In this document: one piece after another, positions 1 through 11,111 of the stretch
Position numbering within the stretch: the first letter of the stretch is position 1
How the letters are laid out: every line of letters begins with the position of its first letter
Assembly (NCBI GenBank): GCA_010093705.1
Contig: MU006093.1
Location: forward strand, 669,462-733,461
Source of the DNA: Patellaria atrata CBS 101060
Taxonomy: Eukaryota
Reading direction: 5' to 3'
DNA: 64,000 nucleotides
The notes under the pieces: generated by a model
Database searches by the model: none
What the model was told of the DNA's origin: nothing
The model's input: only the letters and a program-made list of their open reading frames with translations
Position numbers and translations under genes: made by a program

Positions 1-1887
1 CCTCCCCAAGCACCCTCGAGCTCGTCTCCATCACTTGCACAAACAGCTCTTCGGCCTCCTTCCACCGTCCCGCAAGGCTTGTTGCTAGCCCTACCATCCC
101 CATACTGCTTAATGTGTCCTCATGCTCCCTACCAAGAAGTTTTTTCCTAACCTCCATTGACCTCATCGATAGTTTCTCAGCATCGCTCAGACTTCCTTTT
201 TGCCACGCATACGACGCTGCCCTATACAACAATAGAGCCCACTGTCTTAGGCATTCCTCAGACTTAGGCGGCTGTGACAGCGCCGACTTAACATGTGGAA
301 AGAGCGCTTGACATTTGGCCCAGTTCTTATATCCCCCTGTCGGAAATTCTATGCAAAGATTGTTGATGTACTGCTGTTTCCACGTCTCTAGTTGGCCCTG
401 CCCTTCCAACCACTTCCGTGTGGCCAGCTGCACAAGCCTATGCATGTCAAATGTGATTGCATCAGTGGTAAGTGCGATAAACGAGTAGTTCCTTAACGTA
501 AGAATATCCTCTTCGAACCTGTCGTCGATGCTGGCTTCCGACCTGCTATCGTCGCTATTACTATTTTCACCGTCTACGTTACAAGCTCCTACGTCCCTGT
601 GTCTATTTCCCGTCCCACTTTGAGTGCAAATAAGCGCTTCGGGAATCCCCTGCCGGTCAAAGAAACTCATTAAGGATAATAGGTTTGCCGCCGACCGCCT
701 TGTGTAGAGTATAAAGTCGAAGGAGATTTGCCATGTTAGAAGAATAGAGTTCTTAGCTTCGTAGTCTCTTCGAAGATGACCTCCCTCGTAGTCTAATAAG
801 CTTGTCTTTTTCCTGTCGCTCTTATAGAACTGGTCTAGATACTGCCGTATTGAACATCTTGGTGCTCGTTGTCGGATATACGCAGCCGCTTGCACAAGAG
901 CGAGTGGTATGAATTCGAGCGCTGTCGCTAACTCGGCTATACCGTCGTTATCTATTTCCTCCCCTAGTTTCTTTCGTAGAAGAGCTTGCGCGCCTATATC
1001 ATTCATCGGCTCGATAGTTATAATATCGGTGTCCTCCACTAACTCCCGCGCCGCTTTCCTTGTCCAACTAGTGACTAAAATCGCGCCGTTCTTACTCTGG
1101 GGCAAATAGGATGAGAGGTGCCGTTGACGAGCGCGATCTCTACTGCTAGCCTGTGTCTTATGGCTATTGCTCGCTTGTAGAGAGAGAAAAACGCCATCGT
1201 CGACATTATCGAGGACCAGCAGCCACTTGCCGTTCTTCTCGCTCCGAAGCCAGTTATAGACAAGCTCGAATATATCTGCTCGTGGGTCTTCCCGACCAGC
1301 CAGCTTGACCTGGTCCGCGATGGCTCGGTAGCCTTGCTCGACGCGGGCCTCGTTGCTGGCGTGTACCCAGAATACCCACGTCTCCGGCGATCGATCTGCG
1401 GTTCGATAGCAGTGCTCGATAGCAAGTTGCGACTTCCTATCCCTGCGTTAGGTGCGAGAACTGGGCCGAATGTCTTCTCCTCTTACCCCACGCCGCCGAA
1501 GCCGACTAACGCTATACGAGATGCCGGCGTGGAGCATTTCTCGTGTATCTGATCGAGTAGCGTGCCACGATCGACGAAGTCTGGGTCACGGCAAAATGGG
1601 ACGACGCAGGAAGGGCTCGGCGGGGTCTCTGGTCTCTCTATTAAAAGCGGGATGTTAGTATCCTTTCGCTATGACGCAAAGTTGCCAGCAACGACTCACC
1701 ATGGTACTGGATATTATAGGTTTCTGTTACGGAGCCTAAATAAAACTTAGTATAAGAAGGATATATCGCTGTGAATAAGAGATATACCGATTATATTGCC
1801 CGATAAATTATCGGCTACAATACCACTATTGCTAGAGATCGGGCCAAAATTAGTACCCGTCGGGGTTGCTGTCCCGTTCCTAGCCAT
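1..1887 (-). CDS. Fungal NLR (NB-ARC + TPR) with short N-terminal putative amyloid-signalling leader; 3' end runs off window
   Basis: Exons 1887-1788, 1735-1700, 1637-1487, 1436-<1 with GT..AG introns and branch sites. Translation: MARNGTATPTGTNFGPISSNSGIVADNLSGNIIGSVTETYNIQYHERPETPP..VPFCRDPDFVDR. P-loop GFGGVGKSQLA, Walker B WLLVLDNVDD, EFIPLALVQAAAYI, MHRLVQ, then TPR repeats (LGREHEDTLSSM..GRWKEAEELFVQVME). No stop codon found in exon 4 on hand translation. Confidence 0.9.
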
Positions 1888-2397
1888 TACTGCTACAGAG
1901 GGCTATGGATACTAGGACTGGACACTATAGTAGCGTATCTAGACGAGTAAATAAACACAGGAGTAGCTTTACCCTTTACTTAACCTACTTTAAATGAGTC
2001 GGCTTAAACACCGTAGGACCGCGATCGAGTGCGTGGTCTAACCTCTCCTAGCTTAAGGGTCTTGTTCAGGTCGTGCACCGTTTCAGACCATGCAACAGTC
2101 GCCCCACCAAAAATTGCACCCCATAGAGTGATTTTGAAAATGATGCAACTCGCTCTATATTTGATATATCTATACTAAATTGTATGATGTTGTGAATAAG
2201 AGGCTGCACTTTCCGTCTATCTATATATCAGGGCTCTGAAATCTCTGTGGCAGTCGTGATTGCCATCGGGGCCGACCAGTCGTGGGATTGACCGTTTCTA
2301 CCTCTACTACCTCAGTAATATTATCTAAGAGTTCTATAGCTAGTGGTATGATAATCTGCTTTTTCCATTTCGGTTGTTGAGGGGGTCTAGGTGTTTT

Positions 2398-2862
2398 TTG
2401 AGCCTCCAAGCGATAGTCAACCTTGCTCTCGTCAAGAGTGAACTAGGTAAGCTGGACGAGGCGGAGCAGCTGATTCTTACGGGTCTACCGATTACGGCAC
2501 GTAATTTCGGTGATGACCATATCGTATATCTGTGGGTCCGGTAACATCTGAGCAAAATAGAGGTTCTGCAAAAGCACTGGGAAGAGGCGGAGAAACATTT
2601 ACTTAACGTCACCGAGAAGGTAGAAGAGCCTCCTCTAGGGAAGAAGGAGGTATCACCTCGCAGACTAGGAGGGCTTGTGCAGCTTGCCACTGTTTACAAT
2701 GTGCTAGGTAAGTATGAGGAATGCGATCGCGTCGTTGATGAGGCGCTCGATGGGTTCAAGAAGGTTAGCGGGACTGAGCATCCAGTTGCGGCAAAGTTGA
2801 GGAAAGATTGGGAGATGTGGATGGTAACGAGGAAAGGGATTGGCTTCGATGGGAGCGAATGA
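2398..2862 (+). pseudogene. C-terminal TPR fragment of a second NLR-like gene, degraded
   Basis: TPR-like text (AIVNLALVKSELGKLDEAEQLI; LATVYNVLGKYEECDRVVDEALDGFKKVSGTEHP) with an in-frame TAA at ~2541, a probable local frameshift with TAG codons near 2620-2640, and no upstream NB domain. Confidence 0.7.
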
Positions 2863-3418
2863 ATATTTGGTGCTCCTCGTGTTGATGGAGAAACAGACGT
2901 TGAATCGTCAATTCTCATGCTCCTACGTCGGCCGTTTCGTCAAACTATACCGTCGTCGATCAGGGAGAGATAATTAATAATTTCTTTATCCTCCAGCGTA
3001 AGGGTTATTTTTCTAGCTAATATATCTACTATCTAGACGTAAACGTTATCTTAGAGCTATTAGAGAGGCTCCTTGAGAGGTAATCGTATATATTTAGAAT
3101 ATTTTATCTAGGCCGCCCAGTATTCTAGTAGGTAAGCTGCTCGTATAAGGTAATGAATAAGATACTTCATTTAGAGGCTCTTCGTGAAGAGTAGTAGGAT
3201 GGCGGAGATTCCTATATGTGTTTGTATCGAGAGTCGTGGTGTAAAAGTACGTATAGGCTGAGAAAGGAAGTCGTGGAGGTTACTAATTCTCTGTTAAGAA
3301 TTTAAGATCCATATACTGGTACGTTAAAAATCGTACGGATCCTCTGGTCTTTCGTTGGAAAATATTCATAGGGCTTTAAGTTAATGGTACATAATGATAG
3401 ATTTCAGATCGAATTGAC

Positions 3419-3537
3419 ACATACGACCACAGAATAAGGAAAATAGGGCATCCCGTCCGCTCTGCCATACTTAAGCCTTATATCGGTGCAGTAGTAGTTG
3501 AGTGGGTGACCATCAGCGAATGCGCACTGTTGTATGT
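3419..3537 (+). rRNA. 5S rRNA gene (dispersed copy)
   Basis: ACATACGACC...CCCGTCCGCTC...ACTTAAGCC...TAGTAGTTGAGTGGGTGACCATCAGCGAA...TGTTGTATGT, 119 nt, terminal helix intact, followed by T-run Pol III terminators. Confidence 0.96.
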
Positions 3538-5189
3538 TTATTTTTTGCAATTTTTTTTTGGTGATATGGTGGGATTGCAGGACGGTCCGTTGGAACTAAA
3601 AGCGGGGATAATGTTGCATTTTTGCATTTGTTAAGTCGGATTGGAATAATGCGGGCTCTTGTGGATTATGGCTGTATGTATGAAAGGAGCTATGGGAGGG
3701 TGTGACAAGAGAACATGATATAGGTAGATAGGTCCACTGTGAACTCTTATTGTAATACTAGCTGTTGAAGTTTGGATTGGTTGAGCGTAGAACTGGTGAG
3801 AGTGTGGGAACGTCGCATTGAAGGTTAATATTACAAACTTGCTCTAACGAAATTATTGGATCGCAGAAAAATGCTCAGGGGGTTAGTTCTAACATTGTAT
3901 TATGGTATCTTTTTGTAGGCGATATATGCTGTAGGGTTATACCTGGAATAATCCAATACTCCAAGCAACCTACTCGCAAGAACTCTTTTGCGGTCATCAT
4001 TATTCTCACAGCTATGTGGTGTGTCATTCAAGGACTTTCAATGCCGTGGAACCACATTTCTATATACTGCGAGCATGGCCCAAGGGGTCCATCGAAGCGA
4101 TATCGTAAATTTAATATATAGCACTTTAACTTCCCCTCGTTTTGCGTGAAGTCCCCCACCTCGCCGACTACCTTACTCCTCGGGGAACCCAAGAACCTAA
4201 AGACATACCCACCAGATCGGTTTCTCTCAGCTCAGGAGATATTTGCATCGGGCGTCTGGGACGGGAGTCTAGATCGTTTTTGACTCCAGAAACCGGCGTT
4301 GAGGATCCGTGATGCAGTTGTGGGGCTCTTCGGATTCGATACTTGTTGATATTAAAGCCCCTCGAATCTGATTTGTAGTCGAGTGAGGTATCGATGTACG
4401 AGGTGTTCTGTTCTGAGAATATTCACTATTCTCCAAGAGTCCGCGTTACGCACCATTTCTCCGGGATGCGAAGCAAATCCCCAGACGACTCGACACTGAA
4501 GTCTAGAAGCTCACCCATTTCGAGTAGTCTCTCTGTATAACCTCAGCAGCGGGGTAGGAACAAAGGAATCTGCAAGAGAGATGGCTTTGGTGCTACAAAA
4601 GTAAAAAGGCGGTTACATGAACCGGACAGACCAGATGGATCTGATTAGTGAAGCTTGAACCATAGCACACGTTTGAATACCACTCGAGTTAAGAAAGAAG
4701 CTGATTGGCCCTCTACAGTTTTATCAACTCGTCTCTCCTCTTCTGTGGAATCATCATAAATGCCTCAGCGGTTATACAGTAGTGCTGGGAGTATCTCCGT
4801 AATAAATTTTCAGTATTCCTCGCCGAGGATCAAGTCATTTCAGCAAGAATCTCGGCTTCATGTCATTATTTTCTCAGGTAGCAATTGCTACACGCGTCAA
4901 TATCAAGGCTTTGGTGGTACCTCAAACCTTCTCGTCGCATTCTGAATACAGGGAACATTATGGACTTATAGGGATGAGGAATAGCCTCTTCTGTATTTCT
5001 CGCTTTCAACTGAAGAAGTGGTTACCCTTCATTTAGATGTCGCTGGGCACCAAAAACACAAAACGTAACAGAGGGAACCGTCCTGATGAAATAAAGTGTA
5101 TAAAGAGAGTAGAAAGACCCGCTGAGTGTGCTTTGGATAACTTAAAAATCTCTACCTAAGTGAAAGCAACCTCTCTAAAGTCGTTCATC

Positions 5190-5601
5190 ATGAAGCTCTC
5201 TGCTTTGTTCGGTCTGTTCGCGGCTGCAAACGCTCAACTTTCTCTATACGTCTAGTGAGTGATTATTTTATTGCATCTAATGTGAGTCACTAATGATAGT
5301 ACTCTTCAGTGACGGCACCAACTACTCAGGCCGAAGCAGAACCATCACCAATCAGGGGAACTGGAACATTGGCTTTTCTGCAGATAGGCACGTCATACCC
5401 GAGTTTTGATAGCCATTAAGACTGATTCGTCACAGTTATCGCTTCCGTAGGCTTGAAGCTGTTAATTGTTGTGTGACATTCTGTAACGGACGGACAAACG
5501 TTGGATATCGTTGCCAGAATACTGATCGACCTGATGCTTCATCGTCTTTCAACAGGGTATCAATCGGTTGCAATGGCCGTCGGAGGACTTGTAACTTCTG
5601 A
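5190..5601 (+). CDS. Small secreted cationic Cys-rich protein (102 aa, 6 Cys)
   Basis: Exons 5190-5254, 5310-5387, 5436-5601 (second intron GC-AG). MKLSALFGLFAAANAQLSLYVYDGTNYSGRSRTITNQGNWNIGFSADSYRFRRLEAVNCCVTFCNGRTNVGYRCQNTDRPDASSSFNRVSIGCNGRRRTCNF. Signal peptide; TATAAA upstream at ~5098. Confidence 0.8.
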
Positions 5602-6549
5602 GACGAGCAATTGTGGAAGCTGTCAATCTTTGCTTAACCTCTGAGTTGGCTTATCAACTCTTGCTGGGGAACTAGAAGGATTCGCGTAGTATTTGCTCGA
5701 GGAGTGTTTTGGGATTCCTGTGGGGTTAGCGTTGATGACAAAACGAGGCACAATTGACCGCTTATCGTTCGAGCAGAGTTCCAGTTCGTCAAAGTCACGT
5801 ATTTGGATAGTAATTCTGTGCTGGGTTACCGGTCGTCTTCGAATGATTGCATGAGGTTACCTCCTGACTAAAAGAAACCTAAATTCCTTGATCCGAGTAT
5901 TAAGGATATCGTGCCTTTCTATTAAGCTTGAACCTAGAACCTAGCAATGCATTTAGTGAAGTGATAGCAATGTAATGTAAATGTGCCCGATTATAAGATG
6001 TGGCGCATCGTCTACATTTAGTCCTTGTAAACCCGATGCTGGAAGTTTTCGTTCAGAGGAAGCTCTCTGGTTTCCCCTCATTCTTGTGATGCAGCCACAC
6101 TAACGCATATATATCTCAGCTTACCTTTAATTTCCCAGTCCGAGTAATGCGAAAACATATACTAATTCTGTGAAGCGACCCGAATTTCTGATGTTGCATA
6201 CTTGGGAACCTTTTTATTTAGACAACTGGTTGGTCTCTTATTGGCTTCTGCCCGACATGAAGATAGTATCATTGATAGTCGGCAGCGGTTGGAAGACCTA
6301 AAGCATATGGAAAACGTCGCACAGAAACGTAAACCCTACGAAGAAGAGAGTCTCGAACTGCGGCTAGAGATCATGAGCTTTTTTGAGAGTGCCGCAATCA
6401 AAGATCAAAAAATGGAAAGAGGAGGTCTTGGGGGCGAGAAAAGGGTATAAATAAAAGTTTAACGACCTGAATTGTAGAAGGAATCAAAGCGGTCAAACAT
6501 TCTCCGAGAAATCCTTTAGATATATCCCTATCGGTCCACGAAAGCCAAT

Positions 6550-7114
6550 ATGAAGTCATATCTTCTAGTCGTCCTCACAGCAGTTGCTGCTATGGCCAAC
6601 CCAGTCGAGATGTCCGACGCGGAAGCTCATGCTTTGGCCATGAGGGATGTTGTTGAAAGAGCAGTAGGCTCATCATGCTCGTACAATGTAAGAGGGTCAT
6701 TTTGTAGACGTGGGAAGACAGACTAATTCAATCGCCATAGGGTATGTCCGGGTCATGTCAACACACTGGACATTGCGGGTCGACACTAGACTTCTATGTC
6801 TCCGGCAAATGCCCAAATGGTAAGGCCTGTCCAATACTATTGTTATTTCTCAAATATATTGGACCGGGTACTCATGAAACTTTTTCCGGTAGATCCGGAC
6901 GACGTCAGGTGCTGCATCACCAAGTCTTGTAACAATAAGAAGGGCGGTTACGGTTGGTGTATGAATAAGAGCACTGCAGGATCCTTTTGTAAGGAATATG
7001 ATGGGCATTTTGAAGCGTACGTTGTCCGGAACCTTCTGCTGAAGAAGTTGACTGACGTCTTGTAGTGGATTCTGCCCCGGTCCTAATGATGTTGCGTGCT
7101 GTGTCATGACTTAG
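6550..7114 (+). CDS. Small secreted protein with two tandem 6-Cys domains (129 aa, 12 Cys)
   Basis: Exons 6550-6687, 6741-6819, 6893-7016, 7066-7114, all GT-AG. Signal peptide and propeptide ending VER, then CSYNGMSGSCQHTGHCGSTLDFYVSGKCPNDPDDVRCC and CNNKKGGYGWCMNKSTAGSFCKEYDGHFEAGFCPGPNDVACC. TATAAATA upstream at ~6446. Confidence 0.88.
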
Positions 7115-7378
7115 AGTCAATGGATCCAGGATATTATTTGCATGGTATCTCTAGTGTTTACTTAGCTATTCAATATAATTATCACGTACCTATTGTGAGC
7201 TTTGTATTCTTGCATGGTAGATCGGGCCAAATAATATGTGTCTACTCATTGCGTCGTAACCTCACTACCTCAGGAACCACCTTCTTGTATGATCTCCTAA
7301 TCTAATTGGGATATTTCTAAATATATTTAGACAAAACGCGTAGGACACGGAGAGGTGCGCTAATGGTGACAAACGACG

Positions 7379-7604
7379 TGTTACGTGTTGATCAGATTAG
7401 ATTTCAGCTATGGTCAGGTTAGGCAGCCAAAAGGGGAAAAGTTGGCTATCAAGGTATAAGTGCCTTGGATGATCCAGCGGCTTAGTCATACTGTACTTTA
7501 GCAGAACAGCATATTCTGTCTCAACACTTTCTTTCCTTAAGTTTAAGCTTCATGTATATGTAGCAATATACCTTTCAGCTTCCATCTGAGGTTGAGTCAT
7601 GACA
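7379..7604. mobile_element. Solo LTR, long variant (226 bp), inverted relative to the copies at 32.0 and 35.5 kb
   Basis: Ends TGTTA..TGACA. 7452-7604 is the near-identical reverse complement of the copies at 32005 and 35485. Carries ~53 extra internal bases; no clean TSD. Confidence 0.75.
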
Positions 7605-8510
7605 GAAGGGGTCTCCCATCTTAGGGAAATGCAGGACCAAATTTTCCCGTTATTAGCATAGCTATGGAAGGCAATCACTGGGCTTGGATTCTGACAGATC
7701 ACGCAATATAGGTTGACGTCATCGTATCATGATTGCACAATCCCATCGATTCGTTGTTGAGTGATTGCGCTGATAATGGGTAAGTAAGAAGAAGAATGAT
7801 GCTCAGCAGCAATGTACAGAGATTCTCATTGTCTCCAATATAAAAGTTAGAACGCAGTTTTTCCGAAACAGTCTACCCCTGAGTTTCTAACGCAAGTGGT
7901 CGATAATTTCAAGGGAGAGCAGAAGAACAGTTTATTGGTTTATTGAGTTGTCCGTCCTTGCCCTACCAGAAAACGAATAATTGAGTGAGGAAAAAGAAGT
8001 ACTCTCAAAGGAAACCATAGTTACCCATTCAGTCGAACTAAGGCCGTATGAGCAATTGGTCATCTGAGATTCGGCATCGGCAATCAAGGACCCAGCATTC
8101 CTCCTTGTGGATTATTCCTTTCTCTCCATTCGCGACCCCCGCTTTTTATTCATGAAGATTATCCTTTAACCTGCTTAGTTTTACTTCTTTGTGTCGTTCG
8201 ACAAGCACTCAAAAACAGCAGTCTTTGGGCACAATCACCCAATTTTTGGATCACCCTACGAACTCTTCGATTGCTCTGGCGGAATAGAATGCCGTATTTA
8301 TTTCCTGGGACTGATGTTTAACGCTTTAAAAATTCAGTGCTCAAGGCTTCGGTTAAGGAGGAGGACTGACGGTGATGATATAAGGACTTTTGGTATATTA
8401 CTATACCGGATGCCCACGCGCTTTTGAGTAACCGTTGATGCTAATAAAAATCTGAAAAGAAATATACCTATCCCTTAAATGTAAATAAAAGAAGGTAAAA
8501 GGAGAAAATA

Positions 8511-8650
8511 GCAAAAGAAAACCTCCAAAGAGGGAAACTTAACCCGGCGAACGCATTTAACTTTATATTCTGGCGGAGGCAGGGCTCGAACTAAGGACTT
8601 TATAAATTTGACTGATAGGAAATTGACTGAAGGAAATATGACAAAGAAAA
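8511..8650 (-). repeat. 5'-truncated copy of tRNA-like Pol III (SINE-like) element
   Basis: Closely matches 42412-42551. Retains B box (TAGTTCGAGCCC), CCGCCA, two 3' hairpins and T-rich tail; lacks the A box. Confidence 0.7.
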
Positions 8651-10073
8651 TTATATGATCGCGCTATCAGTGAGACTGATGATAATAATCCCTCGTCCAC
8701 CTGCAACCACATTCATATTTGCGCCACGTCAAGTCCTCTTTGCTGTGTAGGGTAACGGCATCTTAGGGGATAGAATAATAAGCCGTAGATAAGATACTGA
8801 TACGTAGTATCCGATAGGAGATATGTTCAGCAGCAGTACATAACTACGATACACACCGTCGTCATCCTTCTTCGGCCTATAACCGTTGCTCGTGTGATCG
8901 ATGAAGGGAATCGATTCGTGAGACCACGCAGAACAATAGCACCTTCATCAAACAGGTCTCTAGCCGAGGAAATATGGAACCTTAAAAGTTCAAACTGGAC
9001 TCCAACTAACTGCTTCCTCGTTCGGTCGTTCCAGACCGCAACTTTGGGTCCACTCTAGTGGTTGCAAGGAGCAAGAAAGAAGAAAGCAGTGTTCGAATTT
9101 GTCGGATGGAACAACTGATATCGGGAGATCAGGTGGCGTGAAATGTAGAGATATAGTCTTCGCCTGTGGAGAGCATCAAGAGAGTGTCTTCTGACATGTA
9201 CCCAAAGACTACCGGAACGGGCCTCTTCTCATTACGTCTCCTTTTAATATATGATGTCATTTGACATAGTCGAAGACGTTTAGTCATTTTGATTATCATT
9301 TGCTGGAACCCGAAACGGATTTATTAGCTACACGGACTAGAATAAACTCCACTCAGTTATCAGTAGCAATCCAGGAAGCAACACGACAGATCCTGATTAT
9401 TGGATCGTGATTAAGAATCCAAGTGGATCTCTCATTCTGGAGGTAGTCTACTGCACACAATGATATATGGAGAGGAGTTGGTCCTATGTGTCACCGACAA
9501 TTCCCAAGAGGACTTGGAAGTACGGGACATGCTTCTAGACTGACGGTGATGAACCGCATCAGCGTAATCTCCAAATATTCGACACGTACGCTGGTAGTCA
9601 TTGAGTCCGCTATGGGATCTCGTAACCTACTGCGAAGGAGTGGTACTCAAGATTTCTGTGGATCACCTCATTGACCCATAATATTGAGATTATGGCAATA
9701 CTCACGAATCTAAGTATTCATGTTGTTATCCTGTATAACTAAGCGTAACAAATCTCTTTTTTGGGGGAAAAGCAAAATGAAACCACGTGGCTTCAGCTGT
9801 AGAAAAGTAGAGCAATTGATTGTGAAAAAGTTACTATAAGCTTCGAAGTATGCCCTCGGTCTGTCAAATTATTACTGAGAAATGCTAAATAGATTGGTAA
9901 AACAATCAAGATCGGTTCTCTCTAGCAACTACTTACATTATATTGGTAATGTGACTTCAAATAGTCATGATCATAAGCAGTCTTCGTCATCCAATCATGA
10001 GAAATTCCCTGCACTGCATTTCAGGTCAAGCAAATACTTTATGCTTAGATGACTGGCACATCAAAATTGCCCC

Positions 10074-11111
10074 TTACATTCCAGTAACATATCGATGCTT
10101 ATGCGTAACCTCGAGAATCCTGATTTTCATGCCAACCCTCAATTCCCCCTCTTCCCTTGGGGCGCAAAGCATTCCAAAACAAGGTTTGTATTTGATACCC
10201 TCGTCCACCCTCCGATATTTCATCAGTGTATCCCACGGCTGACGTTTATTCTTTTCAGCTGTGTCTGGATCGACGTTGGGGACCTGACATCTTGCGCACC
10301 GTGCTAAGACATCCAATGTAATGGTTTGTAACGTCGACTTCTCTTTTTCCAAACCTACAGGTGAAACTTCAAGAGTCTTCCATACGTCTTCAGTCCATGG
10401 CTTATGACCCTTGACGACAATGTTTGGGCGGAAGCGCTCAATGGTGATCTCATCTTCGCCTTGTTTCTTGAGACGAGAGTTCAGTTCCTCAATACTCTTT
10501 TCTGAACTGACTTGAACCGGTGCTAAGTCCGGAAACATGATGCTTTCAGTTCGACCTAGAAGTTTAGGTTGACCATTACCGCGAAGGACTCTAGGAGTTG
10601 GTCCTTTTCGGAAGAGTCGAACATCTTGGCCCAAGAACTCAGATATAGGTGCGGTAAGTTCAGAAGAATATTCGTAACCATCAGTTTCCTCTCCCCAAAT
10701 GATGGCTTTCGAAAGGATAGTGTTCTTATTCAGCCATTCCTCCGAGGGATGAGCTGGGATGGCGAAAAAAGATTTTGTTCCTCGAATCCTGACCGTAAGC
10801 TCATCCCTCTCTTGATCTAATCCTGTGTCGATAAGGGTCATCTTGGAGATTTGCCGAATTGTGATGAACTTGCGTTCAGCAGCCGATATAAACATCCAAG
10901 CTCGGTCAAGATCAAGGCCGGTTCTCAAAAGTTTTGCAGATGTTACTTGTATACCTCGACATGACTTGATAGGGTACAATCGCAGCTGAACGATTTCTGT
11001 TGAAGCTGGTAGCGCTATGGTGTTTTCTCGTTTCAGTAATACAGAAATACACAGAATTGAGATCAATGCTACAGCGGAGATGACCAAAAGATCCTGTTGA
11101 GATAGAGCCAT
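10074..11111 (-). CDS. MOSC-domain molybdoprotein (mARC-like) with N-terminal membrane anchor
   Basis: Single ORF: LYPIKSCRG, DRAWM, ERFRPNIVV, ARCARCQVPNVDPDT, FGM motifs. Hydrophobic N-terminus; first ATG at 11111. Confidence 0.93.
   Translation of the reverse strand: MALSQQDLLVISAVALISILCISVLLKRENTIALPASTEIVQLRLYPIKSCRGIQVTSAKLLRTGLDLDRAWMFISAAERKFITIRQISKMTLIDTGLDQERDELTVRIRGTKSFFAIPAHPSEEWLNKNTILSKAIIWGEETDGYEYSSELTAPISEFLGQDVRLFRKGPTPRVLRGNGQPKLLGRTESIMFPDLAPVQVSSEKSIEELNSRLKKQGEDEITIERFRPNIVVKGHKPWTEDVWKTLEVSPVGLEKEKSTLQTITLDVLARCARCQVPNVDPDTAEKNKRQPWDTLMKYRRVDEGIKYKPCFGMLCAPREEGELRVGMKIRILEVTHKHRYVTGM

Noticed and set aside
1725..2097. Possible solo LTR (TGTT...AACA) upstream of the NB-ARC exons
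   Set aside because: No TSD (GTTTC vs GTCGC), and the interval is better explained by the NLR's first exon, first intron and promoter.
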